DNA of 64,000 nt from Candidatus Beckwithbacteria bacterium GW2011_GWC1_49_16. GTDB taxonomy: Bacteria > Patescibacteriota > Microgenomatia > UBA1400 > CG1-02-47-37. The stretch covers positions 517,663-581,662 of the forward strand of contig CP011210.1 in NCBI GenBank assembly GCA_001029675.1. Reading direction: 5' to 3'. Each line of letters begins with the position of its first letter. Within the stretch, counting starts at the first letter, position 1. A program made the translations under genes and the position numbers. The notes beneath the pieces are model-generated. The model had not been told where the DNA came from and ran no database searches. It saw nothing but the letters and a program-made list of their open reading frames with translations. Shown piece by piece: positions 8,553 to 18,584 of the stretch.

Positions 8553-9707
8553 TTACCTGCCTTGGCGTAAAAATGCCGGGATGTCGAATTCGTCTTCGGG
8601 CTCTTCTTTGGCTTCGGAAAGTTCTTTTTCCTCTTCGTCTTTGTCGGGCGGTCTTTTGCCCGGCTCGTCTTCTTCTTCGTCGGCGCCGGTCACCTGGGCC
8701 TGGCTCTGAACTACTTGGGTGCGGGTGGCGATGTCTTTGAGGCGCTGGCGGGACTCGTCAAAGCCGGTGGCAATAACGGTGATTTTAACCTGGTCTACCA
8801 GGGTGTCATCGATTGAGGCACCAAAGATGACGTTGGCGTCGGCTTCGGCGGATTTGGTAATAATTTCTGCCGCCTGGTGGACCTCGCTCATGGTCAAGTC
8901 GGTACCGCCGACGATGTTGAAGAGTAACCCCTTGGCGCCTTCGATCGAAGTTTCGAGTAAGGGTGAAGACACTGCCGAACGGGCGGCGGCCTGGGCCCGG
9001 TTTTCGCCCACACCAGAACCGACTCCCATCAAAGCCGAGCCGGCGTCTTTCATGATGGTCTTAACGTCGGCAAAGTCAACGTTAATTAGTCCCGCAGTAG
9101 TGATCAAATCAGAGATACCCTGGACGCCCTGGGACAAAACGCTGTCGGCCAGCTTGAAGGCCTCGATTAAGGTTAAGTTTTTGTCGATGACGTCCATGAG
9201 CCTTTGGTTGGGGACGACGATGGCGGTGTCGACTTTGGGGGTTAAATTTTCGATGCCTTCGTCGGCGACCACCATCCTGCGGGTGCCTTCAAAAAGAAAC
9301 GGTTTGGTGACTACGGCGACGGTCAAAGCCCCGGCCTCACGGGCCACTTCGGCAATGACCGGACCGGCACCGGTGCCGGTACCGCCACCCATGCCGCAAG
9401 TAATAAAAACCATATCGGAATCAAATAAAAGTTCCTGGATTTTGTCTCTTGATTCCTCGGCAGCTTCGCGGCCGATTTTGGGGTCGGCGCCGGAACCCAA
9501 ACCGCGGGTTAATTTTTCGCCGATTTGGAGCTTGGTGTCGGCTTGGCAGTTTAAAAGAATCTGGGCGTCGGTGTTGACGGCGACAAATTCCACCCCTTTA
9601 ATTTGTCCCGAGGAAATCATCGAATTGACGGCGTTGTTGCCACCGCCGCCGACTCCTAAAACCTTAATTTTGGCAAAAGTATTAATATCAGGTTTGACAA
9701 GAGCCAT
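8553..9707 (-). CDS. ftsZ: Cell division protein FtsZ
   Basis: [26 protein letters not shown]-terminal FDIPAFLR. Confidence 0.98.
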   Translation of the reverse strand: MALVKPDINTFAKIKVLGVGGGGNNAVNSMISSGQIKGVEFVAVNTDAQILLNCQADTKLQIGEKLTRGLGSGADPKIGREAAEESRDKIQELLFDSDMVFITCGMGGGTGTGAGPVIAEVAREAGALTVAVVTKPFLFEGTRRMVVADEGIENLTPKVDTAIVVPNQRLMDVIDKNLTLIEAFKLADSVLSQGVQGISDLITTAGLINVDFADVKTIMKDAGSALMGVGSGVGENRAQAAARSAVSSPLLETSIEGAKGLLFNIVGGTDLTMSEVHQAAEIITKSAEADANVIFGASIDDTLVDQVKITVIATGFDESRQRLKDIATRTQVVQSQAQVTGADEEEDEPGKRPPDKDEEEKELSEAKEEPEDEFDIPAFLRQGR

Positions 9708-9781
9708 AGTTTATATAATTAAAGTAGCGGGGCAGGAGTAACGCGCTTATACAATAGCCTATTTTTGAGGCGAGGGCAAGC

Positions 9782-11053
9782 TTAGGGCAGGAAACCTTTG
9801 ATGACTTCGACGGCTTTGTTGACCGCTCCCTTGACCGGGAGCTTACCGAGAATTTTACCAAAGGCTTTGATCGAAGAATCGGTTTTGACTCCCCGGGAGT
9901 GTTTGACGCCGTATTGAATTAAACCCCAGGAGCTGGCAAAGGCGGGAGTCTTGATTTCGTCGACTAAACCGGATAGGCCTTTGGGGTAACCGACTCTGAC
10001 CGGAAGAGACAAGGTGCGTTTGCAAGAAGTTTCTAGGCCGACACTTAAAGCTCCCCCACCGGTGACCACGGCTCCGGCCGGAGTGGCGCCGCCCAAGTTT
10101 GATTTTTTGAGTTCCTCTCCCACCATGGAAAAGATCTCGTTTAAGCGAGGACGGATGATGCCTTCCACTAAGGTCTTGCGGTTTAATTTACCGATCTCTT
10201 CGGAAACACCCAAGGTCTTGGCGTCTAGGTCGTCCGGCTCTTCGGGGCTGTCTTTTGCAGGTGGTTTGGACAAAGCCAATTTGATTTTTTCGGCGGTGGT
10301 CAGGCTGACCCGTAAACCAATAGCCAAGTCGTTGGTGATGTTTTTGGCACCGACCGGCAAAACCGATGAGTAAGACAGAGCGCCCTCGACAAAAACGGCG
10401 ATAGCGGTAGTGCCGCCGCCGATGTCAACTAAAACCACGCCCAATTCTTTCTCGGTAGGGGTAAGCACCGCTTCGGCGCTGGATAGCCCGGAAAAAACCA
10501 GGCTGTCGACTTCGACGCCAATCTCGGAAACACATTTTGTGATGTTCTTCATGGCGGTGGCCGCTCCGGTGATGATGTGGGCCTCTGCCTCTAGCCTAAC
10601 TCCGCTCATGCCCACCGGGTCTTTGACCCCTTCTTGGGAATCGACTTTAAAGTCTCGGGGAATGACGTGGAGGATTTCGCGGGAACTGGGGAGAGAAACG
10701 GCTCGGGCGGCTTCGATGACCCGGTCGACGTCGTTGGCTGATATCTCGCCCTCGGGCTCGGCGACGGCGACAACGCCTTTGGAGTTTAAGGACTCGATGT
10801 GGCCTCCGGAGATGGTAGCCAAAGCCGAAGAAATTGAGTAGCCGGCCATGCGCTCGGCGGATTCGACGCTGGCGGTGATGGACTCAATGGCTTCTTCGAT
10901 GTCGACCACCTGGCTTTTTCTTAGGCCTTTAGCGGGCTCGTTGGCGACACCGATGATGTTTAATTTATCGGTTTCGCTGTTTAAAGTAGCGATTAAGGTG
11001 GTCACCTTGGTGGTGCCGATGTCGATGGCAGAAATGATTTGGGATTTTGGCAT
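9782..11053 (-). CDS. ftsA: Cell division protein FtsA
   Basis: IDIGTTKV, DIGGGTT, VVTGGG; lies upstream of ftsZ. Confidence 0.97.
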   Translation of the reverse strand: MPKSQIISAIDIGTTKVTTLIATLNSETDKLNIIGVANEPAKGLRKSQVVDIEEAIESITASVESAERMAGYSISSALATISGGHIESLNSKGVVAVAEPEGEISANDVDRVIEAARAVSLPSSREILHVIPRDFKVDSQEGVKDPVGMSGVRLEAEAHIITGAATAMKNITKCVSEIGVEVDSLVFSGLSSAEAVLTPTEKELGVVLVDIGGGTTAIAVFVEGALSYSSVLPVGAKNITNDLAIGLRVSLTTAEKIKLALSKPPAKDSPEEPDDLDAKTLGVSEEIGKLNRKTLVEGIIRPRLNEIFSMVGEELKKSNLGGATPAGAVVTGGGALSVGLETSCKRTLSLPVRVGYPKGLSGLVDEIKTPAFASSWGLIQYGVKHSRGVKTDSSIKAFGKILGKLPVKGAVNKAVEVIKGFLP

Positions 11054-11062
11054 AGTCAGCTT

Positions 11063-11794
11063 TTAGTAGGTTAGAACCGGCTTATCAAACCTTAAGTCAA
11101 TTTTGAGAGGCAAATCTTCCTCTATTTTAATGCTGGCTAAAATGTATTGTAAAGAGGTAATCTGGTTTGGCAAGTCGCCAGTGACATCGACCACCGCCAA
11201 TGTCTCGGGCAGGGTTTTGATATGTACCTCTTCCGGAGACAGATATTCAATCTCAGAAAAGTTAACGTAGTAGCGGTTTAACAGGTCGATCAAGTTTGCC
11301 AGTTTGAGTGACAGATCGGACTGGCCCAGGTTTAAAGGAAAGGCGGCAGAAACCAAAATTAGAGGTAGTTTGAGGTCGGGGGTGGTAACTTGGGAATAAA
11401 GCACTCCGGTGTTATCAAGAGCCAAGTAGACGGCTTCTTGGTCAGAGGCTTTTTTGGTCATGAAAGCTACCGGGCTGCGGCCGGTGAGAAAAAAACTGAT
11501 GGTGTCGGGGAGCTTTTTGTTGATGGTGATGGTTTCAAAGTTGGCGTTTAAAAGATTAAGTTGGTTTTTGAGAGACGAGTCGGTGACTGCAAAAAGGTTT
11601 TGACCGTGGAGGTTGACCAAAAAAGGCTCCAGACTTAAGGGGCAGGGTAAACCGTTGAGCTGACAGTTGACGTATTTGAGGCGGAAAATCCCCAGGCGGG
11701 AAACTGCCGCCAAACCGGCGACTAGAAAGGCGGCTAAAAATAAGGGCAGGAATTTGCCGAGCCATTTTTGGCCGCGGCGTTTAAGCTTTCTCAC
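11063..11794 (-). CDS. ftsQ: FtsQ/DivIB-like protein
   Basis: N-terminal TM, POTRA-like KKLPDTI, C-terminal IDLRFDKPV; lies between murG and ftsA. Confidence 0.8.
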   Translation of the reverse strand: MRKLKRRGQKWLGKFLPLFLAAFLVAGLAAVSRLGIFRLKYVNCQLNGLPCPLSLEPFLVNLHGQNLFAVTDSSLKNQLNLLNANFETITINKKLPDTISFFLTGRSPVAFMTKKASDQEAVYLALDNTGVLYSQVTTPDLKLPLILVSAAFPLNLGQSDLSLKLANLIDLLNRYYVNFSEIEYLSPEEVHIKTLPETLAVVDVTGDLPNQITSLQYILASIKIEEDLPLKIDLRFDKPVLTY

Positions 11795-12821
11795 AAACTG
11801 ATTTGACTAACTGGTAAAGCCTGTCGGCGCCATCGGTAATGAAAGAAGCTGGTAGCTGGTAGATGGTAGATGGTCGATGGGGTTTGGTTTTGAGCATCAT
11901 GGTGATGGCGTCAAGAAGTTTTTCCCGAGTCAGTCGGTTTTGCTCAATCACCCTGGCTCCAAAATGCTTTTTTAAAAAGAGGGCGTTTTGTTGCTGCTCG
12001 TTTTTTTGAGCTTTGGGGTGGGGAATGAGAACGGCTTTTTTGCCAAACAGCGCCAGTTCGACCACGGTATTGATTCCGGCCCGGGAAACGACCAAGTCGG
12101 CGCGGTTTAAAATTTGACCCACCTCTCCGGTTTCAAACCAACGTTTGAGGCGGTAGTTTTGGACAAGCTTCCGAGGCAGACCGGCTTTGAACCTGACTTG
12201 CTTATTCCAGTCGGACCGGGATTGATTGAGGCCGAATTGGTGAATCACCCGGTAACGGGCCAAAAGACGGGGTAAAAGCGGGGTTAAAACAAGGTTTATA
12301 GTCCTTGATCCTTGGTTGCCGCCGGTAATATAGATAGATGGTTGATGAGAGATCGTCGATGTCAGATGTTTTTTAGCTGCTTTTAATAACTGGCTTCTTA
12401 TCGGGTTACCGGTCAAGACCACTTTGTGCCGGGGAAAATAGTTTTGACTTTGGGGCCAGGAAACGGCGATCTTTAAAGCTAGGGGCGCCAAGAGGCGGTT
12501 GGCTAACCCCGCCTTCATGGTTTGCTCGTGGAGAACTAAGGGAATTTTTAAGCTTACCGCCGCCAAACCCACAGGAACGGCGCTGTAGCCGCCGAAGCTT
12601 AAAACCAAAACAGGACGGTATTTAAGCAAAAGCGCCCGGGCTTTAATCAGGCCAAAAGGGAGTTTAACCAGGCTTAATAGAGAAATCAGCGGCCGGTGGC
12701 GGGAGAAACGGGGCGAGGGGATTTTTTTCCCCAGATAAATCACCCGGTAGCCGGTCAATTTTTCGGCCAGGGCCAAAGCCGGAGTCAGGTGGGTACCGGA
12801 GATAACGATGGTGTCTTTCAT
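11781..12821 (-). CDS. murG: MurG GlcNAc transferase
   Basis: GTHLTPA, FGGYSA, HEQT..GLAN, TGNPIR, GGNQGS, SRAG, EQQQNA. Start moved to ATG 12821, overlapping the ftsW end. Confidence 0.9.
   Translation of the reverse strand: MKDTIVISGTHLTPALALAEKLTGYRVIYLGKKIPSPRFSRHRPLISLLSLVKLPFGLIKARALLLKYRPVLVLSFGGYSAVPVGLAAVSLKIPLVLHEQTMKAGLANRLLAPLALKIAVSWPQSQNYFPRHKVVLTGNPIRSQLLKAAKKHLTSTISHQPSIYITGGNQGSRTINLVLTPLLPRLLARYRVIHQFGLNQSRSDWNKQVRFKAGLPRKLVQNYRLKRWFETGEVGQILNRADLVVSRAGINTVVELALFGKKAVLIPHPKAQKNEQQQNALFLKKHFGARVIEQNRLTREKLLDAITMMLKTKPHRPSTIYQLPASFITDGADRLYQLVKSVCEKA
11845..11879. repeat. 5 x 7-bp degenerate tandem repeat near the murG 3' end
   Basis: gaagctg gtagctg gtagatg gtagatg gtcgatg. 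Confidence 0.8.
12334..12368. repeat. 5 x 7-bp degenerate tandem repeat in the murG interdomain linker
   Basis: atagatg gttgatg agagatc gtcgatg tcagatg. Confidence 0.7.
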
Positions 12822-13924
12822 TTCTTTTTGGGGCTTAATTGATAACGGGAAACGTTTAGAACCAGTCCCAGCCCGGATAGTGTCGCTATCATGGCCGAAC
12901 CGCCGTAGGAAATCAAAGGCAAAGGCACGCCGGTTAAGGGCACCAAGGCCAGCATGGCGGCGATATTTACCATCACCTGGAGGCCGATCCAACCGGCGAT
13001 ACCGGTGGTAAGTAACCGGGAAAAATCGTCCGAGGCAAAACGGGCTATTTTAAGAATTCTTAGAATCAGGAGGGTAAAAATGACGATCAAGACAGCCGAA
13101 CCGACAAAACCCACCTCTTCGGCGACGATGGCGAAAATCGAGTCGGTGGTGGCTTGGGGTAAAAATTGATATTTTTGCCGGGATTGACCCAGCCCCAAAC
13201 CAAATAAGCCACCGGAGCCGATGGCGATTAACGCCTGGCGGATGTGATAGGAGCTGCCCAAGGGATCAGCACCCGGGTTAAGATAAGTCAAAAGCCGTTC
13301 CCGCCGATAGGCAGAGGAGAAGATCAGGCCCAGGCCGGAGATTGAGCCCAAAACGCCAACGGCAAGAAGATAAAAAATTGGCGCCCCGGAAGCGTAGTAG
13401 ACGATGACGGCGGTGAAGATGACGATCAAGGCCGTGCCCAAATCCGGCTGGAGCATGATTAAAATCAAGACAGCGGCCAAAATGGCCAAAAAACGCCAAA
13501 AAGATCTGGCCAGAGTCAGCCAGGCAGAAAGGTAAATGATCAATGCCAACTTGGCCAGCTCGGTCGGTTGGAGGTTAAACTCGCCAAAAGACAACCAGCG
13601 GCGGGCGCCATGAAACTCACTGCCGACGCCGGGGATTAAAACTAACCCCAAAAGAACCAAAGTCACCAAAATCGTCGGCGTGGCCAGCTTTTTGACCAGA
13701 CGCAAGGGCAAAAAAGCGGCCGCCGCCATGGCCGCCAAACCTGCCCCAATCCAGGTTAACTGAAGTTTTGAAAAGTAGTATTTGTCGTCGAAAATCTGGA
13801 AGGCTTCGACCACCGAGGCGTTGAAAACCATGAGCAAGCCGAAAAAGGTTAAAACCAAAGTCAAACCCAAAAGCATCGGGTCGGGTTTTTTGGCCTTGGG
13901 CGAAACGGTCAGCTTTTTAATCAT
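12818..13924 (-). CDS. ftsW: FtsW
   Basis: SEDS motifs GARRW, QPTE, QPDLG, GLGQSRQK, TDSIFA, SYGGS; lies between murD and murG. Confidence 0.93.
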   Translation of the reverse strand: MIKKLTVSPKAKKPDPMLLGLTLVLTFFGLLMVFNASVVEAFQIFDDKYYFSKLQLTWIGAGLAAMAAAAFLPLRLVKKLATPTILVTLVLLGLVLIPGVGSEFHGARRWLSFGEFNLQPTELAKLALIIYLSAWLTLARSFWRFLAILAAVLILIMLQPDLGTALIVIFTAVIVYYASGAPIFYLLAVGVLGSISGLGLIFSSAYRRERLLTYLNPGADPLGSSYHIRQALIAIGSGGLFGLGLGQSRQKYQFLPQATTDSIFAIVAEEVGFVGSAVLIVIFTLLILRILKIARFASDDFSRLLTTGIAGWIGLQVMVNIAAMLALVPLTGVPLPLISYGGSAMIATLSGLGLVLNVSRYQLSPKKK

Positions 13925-15237
13925 AAAGCCTTAACCGCCCGTTTAAACTGGTCACCGCGGTCTTGGTAATCTTTAAACATATTAAAACTGGCTGCTCCCG
14001 GAGACATCAGGCATATTTTACCGACCTGGGTGTATTCATATGCTTTCTTGACTGCTTGAGCCATGGTGTCTACCTCAATCAGCCGGGGTTTATGCTTGGG
14101 CTTGGCATTGAGAATTAATTTTTTAATTGCTTTGCCGGTGTCGGGGAAAAGCATTACTACCGGGATTGAATTTTTGACGACGGCTTCAGCCAACGGTGAT
14201 TGGCCCACTCCCCTATCGTAGCCGCCGACAATGACCGAACCGATTTTCCCGCTCAAAGAGTCTATGGCTTGGGCCGCCGATTGGGGTATGGTCGACAAAG
14301 AATCGTTAATAAAAGTAACCCCTTTGGCTTTGGCGACAAACTCTAAACGATGAGGCAAAGGCTTAAATTTAGAAATCCCCTTAATGATCAGTTCGTTAGG
14401 GAGGCGAAAATACTTGCCAATAATTACCGCCGGCATGATGTTGGCAAGATTAAATCTGCCTAAAAGGGGCGATTTGGCTACCGGAAAAACCGGTTTATTT
14501 TTGTAATAAATAAAACCGTCTTTAACATAACAATCCAATCCCGCTTCATGGTCTAAGCTGAAACTAACTCTTTTTGCCCGGCTTTTGAAAGCAATTCGTT
14601 TAATCCGCCTATCGGAGGCGTTGTATATGAGTATGTCTGATTTTTTCTGAAATTGAGTAATCTTCTTTTTAGCAGCAGCGTATTGCCTGATGTCGGCGTA
14701 ATAGTCCAGGTGTTCTGGAAAAAGATTCAACATCACCGCTACTTCTGGACTTTTGTCAAGGTCGGAGAGCTGATGGCTGGAGATTTCAAATACGGCAAAC
14801 GATTTTGGAGTTAATTTCTCCAAGTAATCAAGCGGAGGCCGACCGATGTTGCCTACCAGCTGGACATTGAATTTTTGTTTTAGGACCGCGGCAATTAAAG
14901 ATGCTGTGGTGCTTTTACCTTTAGTCCCGGTCACGCCGATAATTTTTGCTGGACTCAAATCAAAGAATAATTTTGTTTGGGAAGTGAGTAACGCCTTGGC
15001 CGCAGAGTATTTTTTAATCAATTTAACCGGAATACCGGGGCTACGAATGATGAAGTTGTATTTTTTTATCTCTTTGAGGTAATCGGGGTCATTTTTAACA
15101 TCAAGAATCGCTATCTCGGCTTTAAAATCGATTTGGCGCAGAAGTTTAAGCGTCGATTGGCCTTCTCGACCAAAACCAACCAGGCAGATTTTTTGGCCGG
15201 CGATTATTTTTTTGAGTTTTTTTTGCCACTCATGCAT
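13921..15237 (-). CDS. murD: MurD-family ligase (MurD2-type, paired with MurL)
   Basis: GFGREG, RSPG, GVTGTKGKSTT, GNIG, EISSHQL, EHLDY, PHRLE, NDSLST, SPGAASF..F....RG. Confidence 0.9.
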   Translation of the reverse strand: MHEWQKKLKKIIAGQKICLVGFGREGQSTLKLLRQIDFKAEIAILDVKNDPDYLKEIKKYNFIIRSPGIPVKLIKKYSAAKALLTSQTKLFFDLSPAKIIGVTGTKGKSTTASLIAAVLKQKFNVQLVGNIGRPPLDYLEKLTPKSFAVFEISSHQLSDLDKSPEVAVMLNLFPEHLDYYADIRQYAAAKKKITQFQKKSDILIYNASDRRIKRIAFKSRAKRVSFSLDHEAGLDCYVKDGFIYYKNKPVFPVAKSPLLGRFNLANIMPAVIIGKYFRLPNELIIKGISKFKPLPHRLEFVAKAKGVTFINDSLSTIPQSAAQAIDSLSGKIGSVIVGGYDRGVGQSPLAEAVVKNSIPVVMLFPDTGKAIKKLILNAKPKHKPRLIEVDTMAQAVKKAYEYTQVGKICLMSPGAASFNMFKDYQDRGDQFKRAVKAL

Positions 15238-16516
15238 AAGCAAGTCGTTTTAATAATTTTTTCTGCGGATCGGTCAAAAATTTATCCTCGCCCCAGGAAG
15301 ATAAGATTTTATGACTTTGCCCTTTACCAACTAAATCCAAACTGGCGATTATTTCTTCTTTAGTGCCGACGCACTCAAACGGCCTAAATTCCCCCTCGCC
15401 TTTCAGTTGCTTAAGTAAAGGTAATAAATCCTGACGCTCAAGCAGGTTTTGCCCAAAAATTTCAACGGTTTTGTCTTTTAAAAACGGATTCAAAAGCACA
15501 TAAACTGACAAACACTTGGGACAGTCTCCGCACCAAACATTTTCTTTTTGACCCCGATTGCAGCTTTTAAAAACAGAGAAATATTGAGGCATTTTGGAAA
15601 AAATTTTAGAAATTTGCATTTCCCAGAGTGGCCTGACGAGGCTGAAGTAATTTAGCGACGCTGAAAGGTACTCTTTGACATAAGCGCGAAACTGCTGTTC
15701 AAATTCCCAAGTTTTTGAATATTGATGGTTGATTGGTTGGCCGAGAAAATTGACGTTGGCTTCCTCGGCGCTTCTCTCGTTAGCGACGATCAGCTGATTA
15801 AAACCAAAAATAGCGCCGACCAACAAACTTAAAAAGCCCAAATTAGCTGAAAAAGGCGTATGGCCATTAAGGTAACCGAAGTCATTAAGTTCTAAAAGTT
15901 TTGGGTCAATTTGCCTTAAAATCGTTATTTTGTCTTTCAGCCCGGCAACTTTCACCACCTCCTTGGCTGCCTGGGTCGGATTAACTAACATTGCCGCCGG
16001 TGACTGACCTAGTTGCTTTAAAACCTCAATCGCCACCACCGAGTCTTTGCCACCCCCAACCATCACTAAACTCCTCTCGGCTGAAAATTTAAGAGTGAAA
16101 GACCTAAATTGTTTATCGCCGGCGCTGACGATCTTGACAAAATCGTTAGCGCGAAAATCAATTTTGTTTTGGAAGAAAAATTCCCCTAATCCTTTTTTTA
16201 ACAAATTAAGCCACCACTTAACCTGATCTGGTGTTAGCTTGCCGGCTTTGATGGTGATTTCCTCTGGACAAGCGGCTTTCCAGTAACTTAACATCTCGAT
16301 TAAACCCAGGTGAAAAACGAGATTGTCTAAAACATTTTTCGGCAGCTTATGGGCGCGACTGCCGGCGCCTTTAATCACAATTTGCGGTCGAAAAACAATG
16401 TCCGGGATAAGCTGAAAATCAAAACTTACTTCTAAATCATCGCCGTCAGCATTCCAGTTAAAGCCGCGATAAACAAACTGCCGGTGTCTCTGGCGCAATT
16501 GGGGCAAAAGGATCAT
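15230..16516 (-). CDS. murL: UDP-MurNAc-L-Ala-L-Glu epimerase (MurL)
   Basis: PP-loop GGGKDS, NGHTPFSA, NHQYSK, WCGDCPKC, PFECVG; adjacent to murD. Start ATG 16516 overlaps the mraY stop (ATGA). Confidence 0.8.
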   Translation of the reverse strand: MILLPQLRQRHRQFVYRGFNWNADGDDLEVSFDFQLIPDIVFRPQIVIKGAGSRAHKLPKNVLDNLVFHLGLIEMLSYWKAACPEEITIKAGKLTPDQVKWWLNLLKKGLGEFFFQNKIDFRANDFVKIVSAGDKQFRSFTLKFSAERSLVMVGGGKDSVVAIEVLKQLGQSPAAMLVNPTQAAKEVVKVAGLKDKITILRQIDPKLLELNDFGYLNGHTPFSANLGFLSLLVGAIFGFNQLIVANERSAEEANVNFLGQPINHQYSKTWEFEQQFRAYVKEYLSASLNYFSLVRPLWEMQISKIFSKMPQYFSVFKSCNRGQKENVWCGDCPKCLSVYVLLNPFLKDKTVEIFGQNLLERQDLLPLLKQLKGEGEFRPFECVGTKEEIIASLDLVGKGQSHKILSSWGEDKFLTDPQKKLLKRLAYA

Positions 16517-17544
16517 ATCACCGCTAACCAGACGCCAAAGATGGCCAACATGATGCTGGCTAAATAGGCGCGGTTGACGATTTTTGATTCTTCCCAACCA
16601 ATAAGCTGAAGCCAAAGATGAATTGGGGAAACGGGAAAAACCTTTCTGCCCAGGAATTTCTTGCCAACAAGCTGAACCAGGCTCGATAAGATTTCGGCGA
16701 CAAAAATGCCGCCGATGACGATTAAAGCCATGACTTTGCCTAAAAGCAGGCCGACGACGGCAAAGGTAGCACCAAAAGACAAGGCGCCGACGTCGCCAAG
16801 CCAAATCCGGGCGGGGAAAACGTTAAAGTACAAAAAAGCAATCAGGCTGCCGAGCCATAAAGCCAGGAAAAACGACAAGGGGGTGTCAAGGATCGAAGCC
16901 GACAAATACCAAAAGGCAAACAAAGCTACCATCATCACTCCTGAGGCCAGGCCGTCGAGGCCATCGGTGATGTTGACGGCGTTGGCAAAGGCGACGATGA
17001 CGAAGGCGGCAAAGGGAATGTATAAAAGCCCGAGGTTGAAAACGTTAAAAAAAGGAATGTAGAGGATGTTTATCGTCAGGTTAAAATACAAAAGCGAAGC
17101 GATGGTTAAACCTAAGGCCCATTGGATCAAAAACTTGTGCCTCAAGCGCAAGCCAAAAAAGCCGCTCTTATCAAACTTAAAAAATTTCATAATGTCGTCG
17201 TAGAGCCCCAAAAGCCCAAAGGAAACAAAAGTGAAAAAAATGATGTGGATTTCCTCTTTGATGGGGTAGACGTGGGTGACAAAGACACCCAAAAAACGAG
17301 CCAAAGGAAAAAGCAGGAAAAACAGCAGAGTGACCACCAGGATGACTAAGAATCCCCCGCCGACGGGAGTGCCTTTTTTGTGCCGATGCAGCCGGTCAAA
17401 TATCGGGGTAGGCTTGTCAAAGGCGTCGCGGGTTAACTGCCGTTTGCGGGTAAAACGCAGGCGGTACAACAGGTTGATAAAAGGCACCAGGGCAACCGAG
17501 GTAACGGCGAAAGAAAAGATTAAAAGTCCTAAAAGTAATGCCAT
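16513..17544 (-). CDS. mraY: Phospho-N-acetylmuramoyl-pentapeptide transferase
   Basis: KKGTPVGGG, GLYDD, NAVNITDGLDGL, LGDVG, PIH. Confidence 0.95.
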   Translation of the reverse strand: MALLLGLLIFSFAVTSVALVPFINLLYRLRFTRKRQLTRDAFDKPTPIFDRLHRHKKGTPVGGGFLVILVVTLLFFLLFPLARFLGVFVTHVYPIKEEIHIIFFTFVSFGLLGLYDDIMKFFKFDKSGFFGLRLRHKFLIQWALGLTIASLLYFNLTINILYIPFFNVFNLGLLYIPFAAFVIVAFANAVNITDGLDGLASGVMMVALFAFWYLSASILDTPLSFFLALWLGSLIAFLYFNVFPARIWLGDVGALSFGATFAVVGLLLGKVMALIVIGGIFVAEILSSLVQLVGKKFLGRKVFPVSPIHLWLQLIGWEESKIVNRAYLASIMLAIFGVWLAVI

Positions 17545-17561
17545 GGGTTGATTATAACCGA

Positions 17562-18584
17562 TTAAAGCTGGCGCTGCTTTCTTCTTAGGTTTTCAAAAAT
17601 GAAAGTGACCCAGTACGTCCATTTTAGGGGTAAGTCGTGGGCGGGCAAATAGTCAACCCTTTCGCCGCCAAAACCTTTTTTAAACAAGGTAACGCCGGCA
17701 AAACGATGCTTAGGGTTGTCGTCCGGGGCAATACCCCAAAGGTTGTAGCGGGTTTTGCCTCTGGCTTTAGCCTTTTTGATCGCCGCCCATTGTAAAAGGT
17801 AAGAAGCGGGCACCTCTCTTAATCGACTTGAGGAACCGGAGTAGTGATAGACGGCTTCGTCCTTGTAAAAAATAAAGAAAGATATGGCTAAAAGCTGGCC
17901 TTGGTAGCTTGCTTTAATTAATTGAATTTGATTATCAGGTTTAAAGGTTTGAAATTGTTTCAAGAGGTATTGTAAGGAAAAAGGAACGAATTTAACCCTC
18001 TTGACCACTTCTGCCTGAAGGTCATAGAGATTTTTGACATCGGCGTCGCTGGCGGACATTTCTATGGCTACACCCATCTTTTGGGCTTTTTTGATCGAGT
18101 AGCGGGTGTTTTTACGCATAGCCCGCAACAGCTCCTCTTCCGATTGGGTCAGATCTAAAACCAGGGTGGTTTCGGCGTGAAGATGCATCGGGGCGCGAAT
18201 AAAGCCCCGTGACTTAAACAGGCGATGATTTTCGGGCGCGTCTTTGAGGTTGGGTCTTACCCTGACAAAGCTGGCCTTTTCTTGAGCGGCGATGTCTTTG
18301 ACGCTTGATAAAAAATGGTCAAAAAACCCCGGCTCACCCCAGGGAATCAGAGGGCCGGCCGGGCACTCAAGATAGGTGCCCCGGCGGGCGGTCTTTTTGA
18401 CCAGTAACGCCACACCTTTTAATTTGCCTTGGCGATAAAAACCCAAGCGAAATACGGCAAAGCCTAAACTTTGATTGAATTTTCCCCAGTTAAAAGAATG
18501 CAAGAAGTTTGATTCTGGGGAATTTAGGACAAAATCTTCCCAGACGTCTTTATTCTCTACAAGTTTGGCGGTTATCTGACTCAT
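17562..18584 (-). CDS. FemABX/FemX peptidoglycan bridge aminoacyltransferase
   Basis: FLHS.NW, LDL..SEEELL..MRKNTRY.I.KA, YLLQW, YNLWG, GV..FKKGFGG. Confidence 0.88.
   Translation of the reverse strand: MSQITAKLVENKDVWEDFVLNSPESNFLHSFNWGKFNQSLGFAVFRLGFYRQGKLKGVALLVKKTARRGTYLECPAGPLIPWGEPGFFDHFLSSVKDIAAQEKASFVRVRPNLKDAPENHRLFKSRGFIRAPMHLHAETTLVLDLTQSEEELLRAMRKNTRYSIKKAQKMGVAIEMSASDADVKNLYDLQAEVVKRVKFVPFSLQYLLKQFQTFKPDNQIQLIKASYQGQLLAISFFIFYKDEAVYHYSGSSSRLREVPASYLLQWAAIKKAKARGKTRYNLWGIAPDDNPKHRFAGVTLFKKGFGGERVDYLPAHDLPLKWTYWVTFIFENLRRKQRQL

Noticed and set aside
8719-9741. 340-aa plus-strand ORF, and similar antisense ORFs over ileS, ftsA, glmS and rsmH
   Set aside because: These are shadows of conserved minus-strand genes and have no motifs of their own.
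16517-16804. N-terminal extensions given by the ORF track for murL (also murG, yvcK, SDR and ORF 49853)
   Set aside because: They overlap upstream genes or promoters, and downstream ATGs fit better.
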